This document shows, one piece after another, positions 26,091 through 43,995 of a stretch of 64,000 bases of DNA. Location of the stretch: assembly GCA_012295275.1 (NCBI GenBank), contig CM022668.1, positions 11,532,001 to 11,596,000 of the forward strand, written 5' to 3'. Positions within the stretch are counted from its first letter, which is position 1. Each line of letters opens with the position of its first letter. This stretch comes from Chrysomallon squamiferum (lineage: Eukaryota > Animalia > Mollusca). Below the pieces are notes generated by a model. It made no database searches and was not told the origin of the DNA. It was given only the letters and a program-made list of their open reading frames with translations. The translations under genes and the position numbers were made by a program.

Positions 26091-27066
26091 ACTACTAATA
26101 ATATTGTAATTGTTGCAATTGTTGTTTTCTATTCGATGCAAATGTCAAATTCATTCGTTCAATACTTCATTTCACCAAACGCTGAAAAAAGAATTCTGAT
26201 AGCTAAATTAATGTATTTCTCTCCAATTTAGAATGGCTACAGATGATTTTTAATTTTGTTTCGAATGATGATAATATTAAATTTTAAAAACTAAGCAATA
26301 AAGTGACCATACTGTAAACAAGAATGAAAAGGCGGAAACACTGCTGATAGAAAAAAGAAATACATACATACAATGTACATACATACATACATACATACAT
26401 ACATACATACATAAAATAAAATGTGGACCCATTTAGCTCCACATAAAAATTAAAAAGATTAAATACCATTGCTGTTAATACAATTATAACAAGAAAAAGA
26501 AAGCAAAGAGCATTCACTTTATTCATATTTTTAACTGATTTCTAAATAAATATATAAATAATAATAATAATAATAATAATAATAGTAAAGAAACCAGACT
26601 AAAATCCCCAATTAACCAACACCTTTTCATTGATAATCCTAATGATCGTTATTATACTCACTGTGCTTGGATTATGACGTCCTAACGAATAAGACAAAAG
26701 AACAGGATTATCGTCTCTGTATACTGAATGTTCCGCTTGAACTGTCAGATACATAATACACGAATCTAACACCAGTGGAGAGGGAAAACACGGGGGACTG
26801 TTAACTGTTATTACGTTTTAGATTTTCTTAACAGTACTGCAGAAAATGTACACTAACGGAATAGAACAGATAGGTTATGTAATAACTACAACACAGGAGT
26901 TGGGCTTTCATTTCACATTTACATTTGTTTATTTGTAGGATTTTGGGTTGATAATTATTTTTTTTTTTTAAGTTTTAAAACAATTTTTGTTTAACTTTTA
27001 ATTTTAATTTTAAATTTTATTTATTTATTAATGTATTAAATTTTTTCCTATTTATATACATAAAAT

Positions 27067-27110
<44 letters not shown>

Positions 27111-27155
27111 ATTATTATTATTATTATTTTATATATATATAAGTATTTAAAAACC

Positions 27156-27189
<34 letters not shown>

Positions 27190-27760
27190 CATTTTTAAAA
27201 TCAAAAAGAAGAAAAAAAATCCTTACATTTGAATGAAAATGGATTATTCTGTTCCAGTCCAAACCCAATACATTATTTTTTTCCTTTCTGAACATCAAAA
27301 AATATTTTACGTAGTCAAGTTCTCGTTTTTCTTCACTGAAACTGAGCGACCAGTGACAATTTTAAATTAGACCAACAATTTCTTTACCGGTGGCAACTGT
27401 CTTTATGAAATAATTTTGTAGCAAAATGTTAATTCAGCCTTTAACGAAAATAAAAAAATAATAAAAACACACCTTATAAAATGTGCAAGTCATATAAATA
27501 ATATGCTAGTTTATGAAATCAAATACATTAGAATTGATGATGAACATTACGATGATGCTGATGATGATATCAGCAACAACAGTCAATAAAAACTACAACG
27601 ACGACAACAACAACAACAACAACATTTTTTTTGAGATATACGTTACAACAGGAAAAACGAAAATCTTTTTAATTTCTAGTCAGGATATTTATAAATAAAT
27701 TAAAATTGTGTTTTCATTCTGATTATCCATACAGTTATTTTAGCATCGTCATCATCATTG

Positions 27761-27795
<35 letters not shown>

Positions 27796-28334
27796 GTTAT
27801 AAATGCCAAAATACTGAAATATAAATAAGAGAATAAAATATGCTCGAAAAAAAAAAAAAAAAATCGCGAAGATAATGAAATTTTTCTTCGCTATCATTCT
27901 TCGCTGTCAAAATGAAAAAATTGCTTAGAATAGTTTTACCATGTGTAATGAATAATTAATATACACACAAACACGCACACGCACACAAAATGTGTTTAAT
28001 TAATTAATAATAATAAATAATAATATAAAGTATTGATTTACATTCTAACTGTGGTTAAATAAATTACTGTTATTTTTTTAAACTGATATAGTTACCAGTT
28101 TATTTCAGTCTTGTCAACAGCATTCCTTTCTTCGATAAATAAAATTATATATTTATTCTAATTTCTTGAGGAATTACAAAATACATGTTTAAATGTAATA
28201 TTATACATAAAAGTAATTTCTTTCTTTCATCGCCATTTTTTGGAATATTTACTTATTTATTCTTGAATATACAATATAAATACTTATGTGTATTTGTGTG
28301 TCTCTATATGTGTGCGTGTGCGTGTGCGTGTATA

Positions 28335-28384
<50 letters not shown>

Positions 28385-28555
28385 GATATATATATAGTAT
28401 AAGATATGGGTATACGCAAGAAATAGACATTTCTTTAATCTTATATTTGTATACATTTCAGGTGATTTATGAAACAGATATAGGATGAAAGACAGGAGAG
28501 ATAAAAACAGAGTTAATCACTGAAAGTGTGACGAAGTGTGTGTGTATATTAGTAG

Positions 28556-28615
<60 letters not shown>

Positions 28616-28628
28616 GATCGTTGAATGT

Positions 28629-28663
<35 letters not shown>

Positions 28664-29689
28664 GAGCAATATGCATAACTTGTAATAGCCCTATTCGTAT
28701 ATAGGTTTGTGTGTGTATGTGTGTGTGTGCTTGTGTGTGTGTTTATTATCGTTTATGTGTTGTATAAATAAAAAAGCAAAGAAATGAAAGACAGAGAACA
28801 GTGTTAAAGACAACATAATACAAGCTTATAATTCACTTTCTTCACATACATACATATGATACAACGACACGTTACAAAAATGGGTAAAAAAAATATATTA
28901 GTTTTATAATTCTGAATCATTTTGTTATCAATACACAATGAGTTCCTGATCGTTTGTCAACAGCCCTTAGGTTTAAAAAAGAAGAACATTTAGTAAAGGA
29001 TTTTTTTTTTTTTTTTTTTTTTTTAATTCTTTCTTTCTTTCTTTTCTTTTTTTTTTTTTCTATCTTTTTGATACATCAAAGGCGGGAAAACGTTAGATGT
29101 GTAACAGCGCCATAGCAACGATCAATCAAGGCAGATAACTCTATATAAATGCAATCGACCCGTGATAAATAAACGAAGATCAAAGCAAAAAGGATCGAAT
29201 CTGTCGAAACTTTGTTCCAAAATAAACACTTGATATAAATTGCTGTTTTATGTATGCAGGTGTCGAGGTTTTTTGTTCCTTGTTTTAGTTTGTCATTGGG
29301 TTTAGTACACGAGGGACAGAATGTCCTGGAATTCGACCCTTTAAAAATCAAAGAAAAGCAAATCGTAGTTCAATGGTTAGATTACTGGAATGGAGTTTGA
29401 CAGAATGTGGGATCGATCCTTGTTATGTTGTCTTTAGATTATTTTCCTTTTCCATTGCATTTTTATTTTATTATTTTATTTACCTTGTTTGTTCTCATTT
29501 TACGTTATGCTGTGTTGTGCTGTGCTATGCTATGTTACGCTATGTTACGTTATGTTACGTTACATTATATTTATATATTTATTTATTTATTATGACAACG
29601 CTTATTTTATTTTATATTTCTACTTTTCTAAAATGCGAGTTCTTTTTACTTAATAATAATAATAACAATAATAACATTATTATTATTAA

Positions 29690-29749
<60 letters not shown>

Positions 29750-30111
29750 TGCTGTTGTAAATTAAGAAATGCATACGGTTACCCCAAAAGATCTCTGTAC
29801 TTATTTTTAAATTTGGAAACAGTTTATTTTAACTCCGCTCATGAATTTTCTACATAACTGAACCACTTTTTTTTTTTTTCCTGCATTTCTTTTCTATTTC
29901 TTTTACACTTTTATCATATCTGGCCGTCTTCTTCCCATGAATGAAATTTCCATTAAAACCAACAATCAAACAGTTTCGCGTGTGAATGAAGTGATGCGAG
30001 CCACAAGCGTGTTTTCGTGTAGATCCTATTTGCGTTTAACAATATTTGTTTTGTCAGTAAATATAAACCTGTATTCTCACGGTCGTTTTAACAAAAACGT
30101 CTGTGTTACAA

Positions 30112-30153
<42 letters not shown>

Positions 30154-30289
30154 TAATAATATTATATTATTATTATTATTATTAACAATAAAAATACCAA
30201 TAACAATAATAATAATGTGCTTGTTTATTTTTTTAACATGGTTTACTTTTATTTTTAGAACTGTTATTATGTTTCAAAATATATTTATA

Positions 30290-30356
<67 letters not shown>

Positions 30357-30990
30357 CTCTGTCTTTCATATTATAGATGATAAAAAAACGTGCTATCGTA
30401 TCTATCGAATTTGTGATGGTAGATAGAAAGAGAGAACGAGAGAAAGGGAGGGATATATTTGGGAATATATCTTAGAAGTTTGTTTTAATGTTTAAATTAC
30501 ACATAACTTTATTCTAGCACCATCAATACAACAACTAACAAAATAAATAAATAAATAAATAAATAGTGAAACAAATAAACAAGCAAACCAAATAATAAAA
30601 AGAAAATAGTCATGTTAAAATATATTAAAAAAAATTTTTTTTAGCAGAATTACTAAACGCGAAACAACATTTGCGAATGTAAACTTTTTTTTTTTTTTTT
30701 TTTTCCACACTCGATTTTATCAACTGGATTTATTTGTTTGAAGAAAGCTAAACTTAAAAAGCTAAAATATGAAGAAATTCCAGACTTGGCATATGTTTCC
30801 ACCTTTTGGTTGCAGCTGCTAAAAGTAGTGCCAAGTAAAACACCAGTGTACCTGCGTTTCCTCCGCTTTCGAAAATGAAAGGAAAAGTAAAAATATTAAA
30901 ACAGAAAGTCTGTGTGCATACAGAGCAGATTTTTTTTCTTCTTCTTCTTCGTTGTTCGTATTATTTTAATAATTTTATTTATTATTATTA

Positions 30991-31038
<48 letters not shown>

Positions 31039-32715
31039 CCTGTGTGGGTATTTTTCTGTTATTACGGTTGTTATTTATTTATTTGTTTGTTTAGTTTTAT
31101 TTTTTTAATTTATTTGTCAATTAGTTATTTTTATTATTTAGTTATTTAATAGTCAGTTAGTTATTTTTATTATTTAGTTATTTATTAGTCAGTTAGTTAT
31201 TTTTATTATTTAGTTATTTATTAGTTAGTTATGTTTATTATTTATTTATTTAATTAATTAGTTTGTTATTTATTAAGTTTTATTTTTTTAATTAATTTTT
31301 TTTAATTTGCTTACTCTTTTCTATACAGGTGAAATAAGTTTTATGTGTATCAGTCAGTGATAATGATGATGATGATGATGATGATGATATAGTATTAGTA
31401 ATAATAACACCATAGGCCAAAAACAAACAGGGAAGAAAGCATCTTTTAATATTACTACTGTTACTTTCATTTTAATATAAACAGATTCTTGTGTTACTGT
31501 TGCCATAGACGTTATTGCCAGTGTTGTAATCTTTTTTTTTATTTTTAAATTCATTTTCAGGAAAAAGACGACATCGTCAGCCCGTCGCCTCTGCCAATGC
31601 TTGCCAGCACTTGCAACCGTCTCGTCCCAAGCAGCTACGACATCGCCAAACCGGTTCCAACGTTTGCGCCGTTTCATCCGGGTCTGCAGGCGACGCTTTA
31701 TCATCAGCCGCACTTCGCCGATGTCGTCACCTCAGCCGTGAACGTCAGCAACGTCTTGCGACATCCTCAGCCTCTTCAGCGACTTCACGCGCAGACTGTG
31801 GACGTTCGCACGGCTCAGCTCGCAGGCAGAATCCATCCGCCGCCATCACCAGTGACGTCACATCCGTTTGACTACGAGCTCTACCAAACTCGTCTGCTGC
31901 AGCAGAACTTCATGGCTGCCGGTCAAGCATTTGCTCCCACGAGTCTGCATCTGACGACGATGGGAGGACCAACGTCGCCGCCAATGGGGCATCATCATCA
32001 TCATCATCACCACCACCACGGTGGCAACATACCCAAGCAGCTGTCTCCTCCGGCCGCGAAGGAGGCGGAAGTGCCCTGGTGGAGCATTCAGTCTCCTCCG
32101 TCGACTCCCAACCTTTCTCCTGATCTCCTATCGATGCCTCCTGGTTTCATGTTCAACCAAGGCAGCAGCAGCAGCAGCAGCAGCGCGGAATTGCAAATGG
32201 CGTCCATGCTGCACGGGCTGAAAGGGGCGGGGATCACTCAGACTCGTCGATGCAGACGGTGCAGGTGTCCCAACTGTCAAAACGCCACCGGTTCGAGTAA
32301 CCCGTCAAAACGCAAGCAGCACATCTGCCACATTCCGGGCTGCGGAAAAGTCTACGGAAAGACGTCGCACCTGAAGGCTCACCTGAGGTGGCACACGGGC
32401 GAACGTCCGTTCGTCTGTAACTGGCTGTTCTGCGGCAAGAGCTTCACGCGCTCCGACGAACTACAGCGCCACCTGCGCACGCACACGGGAGAGAAGAGGT
32501 TCGCGTGCGGCGAGTGCGGGAAGAGATTCATGCGCAGCGACCACCTCAGCAAGCACTTGAAGACCCACGACAACAAACGCGCCGGGAAGAACTCGCCCCG
32601 CGAAAACCACGACGACGTTGTCGTCAACGACGTGGAAACAAACTCCGACGACGAGGACGTGGACGTTGACGTCGAATCTGACTTATCGGATGATGTAGAT
32701 ATTCGGAAAAGGTGA
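25379..32715 (+). CDS. sp5: Transcription factor Sp5 (Sp5/buttonhead subfamily), two coding exons 25379-25426 + 31561-32715, ~400 aa
   Basis: Exon 1 [16 protein letters not shown]|gtcggt joins in phase 0 to ttttcag|[21 protein letters not shown] (Sp box). PWWSIQ motif, Btd box [12 protein letters not shown], three C2H2 fingers [83 protein letters not shown], all typical of Sp5. Confidence 0.9.
31561..32715 (+). CDS. sp5: Sp5 main coding exon (Sp box, poly-His, Btd box, 3x C2H2)
   Basis: Long GC-rich ORF with a strong acceptor at 31559-31560 and stop TGA at 32713-32715. Confidence 0.96.
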   Translation, partial: EKDDIVSPSPLPMLASTCNRLVPSSYDIAKPVPTFAPFHPGLQATLYHQPHFADVVTSAVNVSNVLRHPQPLQRLHAQTVDVRTAQLAGRIHPPPSPVTSHPFDYELYQTRLLQQNFMAAGQAFAPTSLHLTTMGGPTSPPMGHHHHHHHHHHGGNIPKQLSPPAAKEAEVPWWSIQSPPSTPNLSPDLLSMPPGFMFNQGSSSSSSSAELQMASMLHGLKGAGITQTRRCRRCRCPNCQNATGSSNPSKRKQHICHIPGCGKVYGKTSHLKAHLRWHTGERPFVCNWLFCGKSFTRSDELQRHLRTHTGEKRFACGECGKRFMRSDHLSKHLKTHDNKRAGKNSPRENHDDVVVNDVETNSDDEDVDVDVESDLSDDVDIRKR

Positions 32716-32998
32716 AGGTCGTTAATCCCCGCATTTTTGTTAATTTATTTTCTGTCGAATTGTTGTTACCCTGGGCAACAGCATAGACAGGAAGATTTTT
32801 ATATTCTCAAACTGTTCGACAGGCACTCCCTTCCCTCCCCACGGCTTTTTTTTTTTTTTTTTTGTCAGAGAGCGCGTGATTCTGAAACAAGATTAGATAA
32901 ACTGTATTTTAAGAAAAAAATGACAGTTTTGCTAATCCAGATAATGTTACAGAGATAAAATTGTATTACATTTTTTGTTATTCTTTCTTGAAACTTTG

Positions 32999-33099
<101 letters not shown>

Positions 33100-34310
33100 T
33101 TTGGTACTACGAATCAAAAATGTAAAAAAGTGGACGCTTCGATAAACATAATTAAGATTATTCAACATCCAAAGAATATTCACAAAATATTTATCTATTT
33201 TTGTAAAATTATTTCTTTTCAAGACATACACAAAACATTTATATATATATATATATATATTCTTTCATTATGTCTCGGTCACAAACCGACCAATTACGCA
33301 TCTACATGCACCAGACTCACACGCTCTATCACACAAAGCACATTTACATTCACATAAAACTATGCTATATTATAATGTACATTGTTATTTGTTAACGCAT
33401 CTCAGTGTATGAATGTGTGTGTGCGTGTGTGCGTGTAACTCCACACAAAAGAGTTTATATTTTATTATTCTTATTTGTAAGCGTATATAATTATGTATGC
33501 GTGATTTGGCATACGTGTGTGCGTTTGCGTGTGTATATCATACTGTCAGATGGAACAGTGTAAAAACGTAAGTTGTAATTCAAATATTTTCGCTGTTACT
33601 ATTACTGCTATCATAACTATCACTACTATCGCTTTGCTATTACTCCTATCACTATGAGTATTAATAACTTTACAGAGTATTAGTATGAATTTTTTTTTTT
33701 TTTTTTTTTTTTGTTACATTTCTTCATAAAATAATTCAATATGATTCGCGGATATTTCTAATTTTCTTTACAAACTTTGTTATTAGGAAAGGATAGTGTC
33801 AAGTTTTAAACCATTTACTTTGAAGTATACAAAATATGCGTTTTCGGTTATATATACACGTTATGTACCGTTCTAGCAAATTCTAAGAAAAAAAGATAAA
33901 ATAATTCGACAAATAAAAAAGAGGCCTTTTATAGGTATACAAACTGTGCTATAGAAAAACAAATGACATTCGTTTTATTTGAATCTACTAAAATTCCAGT
34001 TTAAATGAAAAGTCTTTTTAAAAAAGAAAAAAAGTTATATGTAACTCTGTTTTGTAGTTTAACAATATATAAATGTGTGTGTAAGTTATACCAAGAGGCC
34101 TACAAAAGATATATGTCATTCTTTTGCATTTTATATTTTTGCTTATACTGTATTAATATTAATATTATCATTATCATTATCATTATTATTATTTGTAAGA
34201 TGCAAATAAAATATATATATACACATATAATTTTTGTTATGTTATGTTTATATATATATATATATATATCAGTAACAGTATCCATAGCAACGGAGCAATT
34301 TTTGGTTATG

Positions 34311-34380
<70 letters not shown>

Positions 34381-35012
34381 ACAGACTCTAGGTACAAAAT
34401 GGACGTTATAGTACTTGCTGAATCCATTCGCTTTCGCCGATTTTACTGAATTTTGATGATCAGAGTAAAGAGGGTTAAAAAATTGTGTTATTTCTACTAC
34501 TTTAAAAATATCCATTTCAGTAACATTCCTTGCTAACCTGTTGACATTTTGAATATTAGCGGTCATGACGACAACTTTGGTCAAAACTGCTAAATCTGAG
34601 AAAGCGATAACTCGGACATTTCAGCGCTGAGAATGGGAAATACCTTCAACAGACTCGGAGACGGTGTCTTTTAACCCAAGTCCTGACATTAAGCTAAAGA
34701 AAAACTGTTGTTTCATTTTCTTCACAGTTTGCTCCGAATTACTGACACTTGCTCCGACAGTTAAGAGGAGACACGGACACACAAACACACAAACACACAC
34801 ACACACAAATGCTTATACACCTACAAACATATATTCAGACACATGCCTACGAATATACAGACACAATGACACACAAACAAACATTCACTGATTATAACAA
34901 TGCTAGCAGAGGTATCCATAGAAACAGAACGCAACTTGTTTATTTCCTTTTCACGACATATATTAAGAAGCAGATGCACATGTTTCTAATGTACTGTATT
35001 GTCATTATACTA

Positions 35013-35115
<103 letters not shown>

Positions 35116-35444
35116 AAACAAGATTTATATTACGAATTCGAAATTGCATTACAAGAACTGTCATATCAAGTAACACACACTAACAATTTTTCCTAGCTTT
35201 TTGCTTACATACTGGAGTGATGAATTCTTAAATAATTTGAAGAAACAAAATAATATAGTATTCTATAGATACACACAGCATGCCCCCACATCACATACAC
35301 ATATAGCTGTGTTGGTTTTGCAACAGAGATTACTACCCTTCATTTTCAGTAATCTTACATATATTCATGTATGCATACATACATACATATATACATACAT
35401 ATATACATACATATATACATACATATATACATACAAATACTTGA

Positions 35445-35695
35445 CGGGGTTTGTGAGGTCGTGACTGGACTTTGTCCTCCAGCACCAGTGCGTTACCGAA
35501 TATCTTCTATGAGCAGAGTCTAATGAGAACAACACGAGACAGAGAATATTGAGATCCTAAATACATACCTGCCAGTGCAAGGTTTCCCCACACAAAAAAA
35601 AAAACGTTCGAGTCTCGTCAGCGGCATCAGGCGGGCTTTGTGATGATGTCGTGTCTGGACCTTGACCTTCTCTGTCAGTGCGTTCTCGAATATTG
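35445..35695 (+). mobile_element. Two fragments of a tRNA-derived SINE family
   Basis: B-box-like gttcgagtctcgtcagcggcat at ~35606; the body ggtcgtgactggactttgtcctccagcaccagtgcgttaccgaata recurs inverted at 23881-23926; the head matches 46745-46821 (inverted). Confidence 0.6.
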
Positions 35696-35766
35696 TGTAT
35701 GTGCAGAGTACATAAGACAGTGAATATTTAACTCTAAGATACTTAGATAAATACGTGAGTGCACAA

Positions 35767-35831
<65 letters not shown>

Positions 35832-36525
35832 GACACAACAGATATTTGCAAAGAATCGGGAAAGAGTTTACTGGAGAAAATGACAAAACCTTGTACCTGT
35901 TATTTAGCGATGGAAATGAAGATAATTTACTTGAGTTCTCTACAGATGAGTGAGATTGTGGTTTACAGATTGGAGAAATTTTAATTTACGGGACTTTTCC
36001 TCTCTTGCGCATCACTGCTGAACCAGCCAAAACTCACCCATGCTAACCGCTGCATTGTGTTTGTTCTTACTACAGAAAAAACAAAAACAAAATTAGATTG
36101 TAACATACTGTTCAGTTTGTTGTAGAATCATGTTCGGCAATCATGAAATCGACTTCTTTCTCCAAACTAAAATCCAGTGTCACTGTGACCTGGCTGCAGT
36201 CCACGTAACTGAAATTGAATTTACACAAGCTGCTTTTTTTATCTTCTTCTTTTTCTTCCTCATTACCCCACAGGCCATTTGATAGAAAAACTCCAAAATC
36301 TCTGTCTAGCTCTGCGGTGTAGGTAGACACGTGACTTCGGACGAGGGCTGCTAGAACGATACTTATGCCAGTTGCACAATTACAGCGTGCTTTGAAGACA
36401 TGGTAAAATTCTCGAAAAAAAAAAAACACGATGTTTTTGCTGTACACGTGACACGACACCTATGATATATTTTAAATTGGTAAAACTCTCGGAAAAACCC
36501 GATATTTTTGCTGTACACGTGACAC

Positions 36526-36822
36526 TGTCGCGGGGCCCAAGCGCATAACAGGTGTTAGTTTTCAAGTGGTAACGACCCTAATAAATTTTGGCTCGTTCCT
36601 TGTCTAGGATTTGCGCCTTTGGTGGACCCACTGACTGTGCAATTAAAACACTTTGACGATTGATTACCCTCGCTCCTACCCGTGTCTTCTCTTTGTTCTT
36701 TGTGCTCTCTCTGTGTTTTTTCTCTGTCATTTTTTAGTCTTTTACTTAAATAAACACGTCGCGGACCTCCCTGAAGTCAGCAGAGCAGAGCAGACAAACA
36801 TTCCTTTTGTTTCTCGCTAACA
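36526..36822 (+). mobile_element. Solo-LTR-like repeat (~300 bp, TG...CA)
   Basis: Begins TGTCGCG, ends CGCTAACA, internal AATAAA; second partial copy at 19702; interrupts a short tandem array (taaaactctcggaaaaa...ctgtacacgtgacac). No clear target-site duplication. Confidence 0.45.
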
Positions 36823-37514
36823 ATCGTTAATTGTTAGGTGATTTCAGTAATTACTGTTAACCAACAGTAGATATTTAATTAATACATACTGTTAGGAACA
36901 TTTGTAGAAATGAATGGTTAACATATTTACTCACTTTTTAAGGTTATATATAGGTTACTTACGAAATGTTAAAACTATGGTTAAAGTAAGACAATTAGGT
37001 AAATGTTAAATATGTTACCGGCATTTTCCAAAACTGTAAAAACCTTAAAAGTACAACAATTATAAATATTTTAAATTGGTAAAACTGTCAGGAAAAACAC
37101 CACATGTTTGCTGTACGTATGACACATATAATTTATTTTAAACTGACAAAACTCTCGGAATAACGCGATATGTTTGCTCTGCATGCAAACTGTCGTGTTG
37201 AACTGAAAATATTCATTATGCGTAACACCAATATCTGTTCAAAAATAAATGATGATAATGTTATTAATAAATATGACGTCGAAACGTTTTTTTTTTTTTT
37301 TTTTACTTACTTCATGTATCTGTCTTCTTACACATTTAACTTGGACGTTAATACATTTGAACAGCATTCATTTTTATATTTTGATGTGATAAACAAAATG
37401 GTTTTTGTGTTATGTGTGTAACTGGGAATAAGGGTTTGAATATGTATCTCTGTTTATGTACGAGTTTGTGCGTAGTCTCTGTGTATTTGTGTCTGTGCTT
37501 ATTGGCACTGGTGC

Positions 37515-40295
<2,781 letters not shown>

Positions 40296-41155
40296 TACAT
40301 ACGGATATCGTGAATTAAAAGCAAAACAGACACAACTGTGTATTCTGATAGTATTACGCTTTTAAATGTCATCGACGTTGTTTGGACGCTCTTTCACGGA
40401 CCTCGTATCAGTGGAAGAAGGGAAGATAAACCGATAGCCGAACTGTGTGTGTTTGTGTTTTCGAGCTACACATTGTTTCGTTCCTAGCATACTCGACATG
40501 CATGTAAACATCAAACGCTTAAACTTTCTGATTCCAAAAGCAAATAATGCAGATCAGGAGGCTTTGCTTCTCTTTATTTTTCAATTCCCTTTCTTGATCT
40601 TTTCTGTAACCAGATTTTTTTACTTTTTTAACCCTGCTTTTTGTTTTTGAGCATTTTGCTTTTTTTTTTTTTTTTTTTTATCGGTTGGTTTTGGCCGACA
40701 GGGACCGCTGTTTGTGATGACGTCACGAATTCCAGCTTTGTGCGGTCGACAAGAAACAGAAATATTCTCATTCTTTTGTAATCTTTATCGTTTTGAAGTT
40801 TGCTTTCAAGCTAAAGCCGAAAAGAATTGAGCGAAATAGTTTTCTAATGACATTTACTAATACTCTGAGGTAAAACTGAGTTTTACGTGTAAAGATTTCT
40901 GGAACGAAAATCTAAACAGTGTTTCCTATTATGACGTGCTTTTAGCTTTACTCTTCTTTTTTTTTTTCTTCTTTTTTTCATTTTAGTTTACCTTTTCATT
41001 CATATTTCACACACACGCACACGCACATACACACACACACACACACACAGAGAGAGAGAGAAAAAGAAAGGAATAGTCGATATCTGCGCATCCTTTATTT
41101 CTAAGTTATACCAATCTTCTTCTTCTTCATAATAATAATAATAATAATAATAATA

Positions 41156-41196
<41 letters not shown>

Positions 41197-42240
41197 AAAA
41201 AAAAAATCAGTTTTCAAAGAATCTAAATACACACAAACACGACGTACGGCAATGAATCGTTGATCTCAGTCACGCGTCTGAACTTCACGTGAAATGTCGC
41301 GTGGTACGACCATGCGCTGTTAAGATACGATCACGCATGTTCATCATTACACATACTATTCTTTATATAGATATATATATAGATAGATAGACAGATGTAG
41401 ATGTAGATTATAGATATAGATATTAGGATATTACTGATTCTTCATCGCTATTTATTGCAAGACCAGACCAGACAGCTTCAAGTTTCTTGTCACCGGTCAT
41501 TGACCCGTAATTTAAGGACTTCGTATTACTACACGAAGTTTTAGACTAAGCAGACCAAACCAAAGTCTAACAGTTTATAATATACAACAAATATATAAAT
41601 AAATAAATAAATAATTTATTGCCGAATTTCTTTTTCGACAAAAATACAGGTATGAGTCAGATATTAAACACACTCTGCTTTGTTTTCACTTATACAGATT
41701 TTCGCTGTGAATCTGGGAGAAGCTTGTTCCAAAATGGTCTCATTCGGGTCCTACAGTCGACTAGACCAGCCCTGTATGCCCCAGTAAAAACAATAATTTT
41801 ACTGCGGTTTTATTATTGCAAGATATATAAGAATATTAGTCAAATGGAACTAAAAAACAAAAGAGAAAAAACCAAAAAAAAACAACCAAACAAAAACAAG
41901 AAAACAACACCATACCAACATACAATCAACAACAACAAAAACAACAAGAAGAATAAAAACACACCATCCTCAGGCATTTTAGACATCCGTTGAAAACTAG
42001 AAACGTCATAGAAATAATCAATAATTTTAGATTTTCTTATAATTATATTTCGATTTTAAAGCTTTCTATTTATTAACTGAGAAGTGGAAATAATATTTCA
42101 GTAACGAAGACTTTTAAATCTGCTTTAATTTACTGTCTTCTGACATAACTTTCTTTTTAAATATGAAAATATCACCAGTTAATCTGCTACAGTGAATTTT
42201 AAATTAGATCTCAGCACCTATAAATTTTATTTATTTATAA

Positions 42241-42284
<44 letters not shown>

Positions 42285-43029
42285 CGTCATCATCATCATC
42301 ATCATTATTTATTATTATCATTATTATTGTTGTTATTATTTATTATTATTATTATTATTATATTTATTATTATTATTATTATTGTTGTTATTATTTGTTA
42401 ATATTATTATTATATAATTATTTATGTCATCAAACTATTGTCAAAAATATTAAATAAATAAATGAAGTAAGTAGGTAAGTGATATTATAAATAATTAAAG
42501 AAAGGAAGAACAGACAAGCAGTCAATCAAAAACAATTTAAAAAATAATAATAATAATAACAGTTAAATATCTTATTAACTAACATAAATATCAACAACAA
42601 TCGAAACCGAAAAGAAACCCAACAACAACAAAAAAAAAAACCCATCATTATCACCATCACCACCACTGTCCTACTGTGAAGGCGACAGCAGCGTCCTACA
42701 CGACAACACCGACAAACACAACAAACTTAATCTGCCACAAGAAACACTTCATGATTGCGTTTTCTAAGCCACTTCGTTTTCACCTTTCATCTAAGCCGTC
42801 AATGATAAAAGCGCTCGCGGGAACGTTTCTTTGCGGTATGTCATGGGACCGCGCCACGTCATCCGATTTTAAAGAAATCTTCAAACAGGCATGAAAAATA
42901 TCGCTATTGGCCCGTGAACCGTAAGTGAAAAACACTTGTGCGTAGTAGCGTCTAGATAGCCGGTGGCGATTTCCAAAACTTTTACAAGAAGAGTGAGATG
43001 ATTGTCGCTGAAAGTGTTGAAGCGTTGAT

Positions 43030-43445
43030 AATGAGTTTTATAACATAACATATATAGATACACACACAGACATACTTACATACACACACACATATATATA
43101 ATGAGTTTTATAACATAACATATATAGATACACACACATATATATATATAATGAGTTTTATAACAACATATATAGATACACACACATATATATAATGAGT
43201 TTTATAACATAACATATATAGATACACACACAGACATACTTACATACACACATATATATATATAATGAGTTTTACTAATATAACATATATAGAAACACAC
43301 ACAGACATACTTACATACACACATATATATATAATGAGTTTTACTAATATAACATATATAGAAACACACACAGACATACTTACATACACACATATATATA
43401 TATATATATAATGAGTTTTATTAACATAGCATATATAGATAGACA
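43030..43445. repeat. Minisatellite (~45-70-bp unit, ataatgagtttta...acatatatag...)
   Basis: About seven copies of ataatgagtttta separated by (AC)/(AT) runs. Confidence 0.85.
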
Positions 43446-43469
43446 CACAGACATACGTACATAATATAC

Positions 43470-43665
43470 AAGCCACTGCTTTCACTTCGTGGGTTACTCT
43501 TTCTGATTAGCAGCAAGAGAACGTTTAAAAATACCATCCCGTAGACAGGATAGTGCAGGGAACGGCTTTTGTTTCTCAAGTTGTGGAGCATTGCTACAAT
43601 ACAAAAAAATATATATATATCTCACTGAATCCATCAACTGCGATCGATCCGATAACTGACTATAC
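43470..43665 (-). mobile_element. SINE-like fragment, second family (resembles mollusc SINE core, from recall)
   Basis: gggttactctttctgattagcagcaagaga...ccatcccgtagacaggatagtgcagggaacggc...cgatcgatccga; second copy at 47880-48040. Confidence 0.55.
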
Positions 43666-43736
43666 ATTCAAGACCTGTTTTATGTTCCGATCCTGTTTTA
43701 GAACAAGGGAGACAGACAGATACAGAAACACAGAGG

Positions 43737-43867
<131 letters not shown>

Positions 43868-43960
43868 GGTGAAAAAGAGAGGAGACACTAAGAAAAACAG
43901 AAACACAGAGAGATAAACAGAGAAAAAGACAAAAATAGAGGGAGAGAGAGCGAGTGAGAC

Positions 43961-43995
<35 letters not shown>

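Noticed and set aside
28455-31335. AG|GT ratchet-like sites in the Sp5 intron (28461, 31328)
   Set aside because: Weak donors, a short (6-kb) intron, and expected by chance in T-rich DNA.
32379-32627. Antisense and alternative-frame ORFs over Sp5
   Set aside because: Shadow ORFs of a GC-rich coding exon.
36112-36459. 115-aa minus-strand ORF and nearby exon-like pieces
   Set aside because: No domain, non-ATG start inside a tandem repeat, and no consistent exon chain could be built.
43030-43445. Repeat-spacer appearance reminiscent of a CRISPR array
   Set aside because: Spacers are microsatellite variants of each other, the context is eukaryotic and there are no cas genes.
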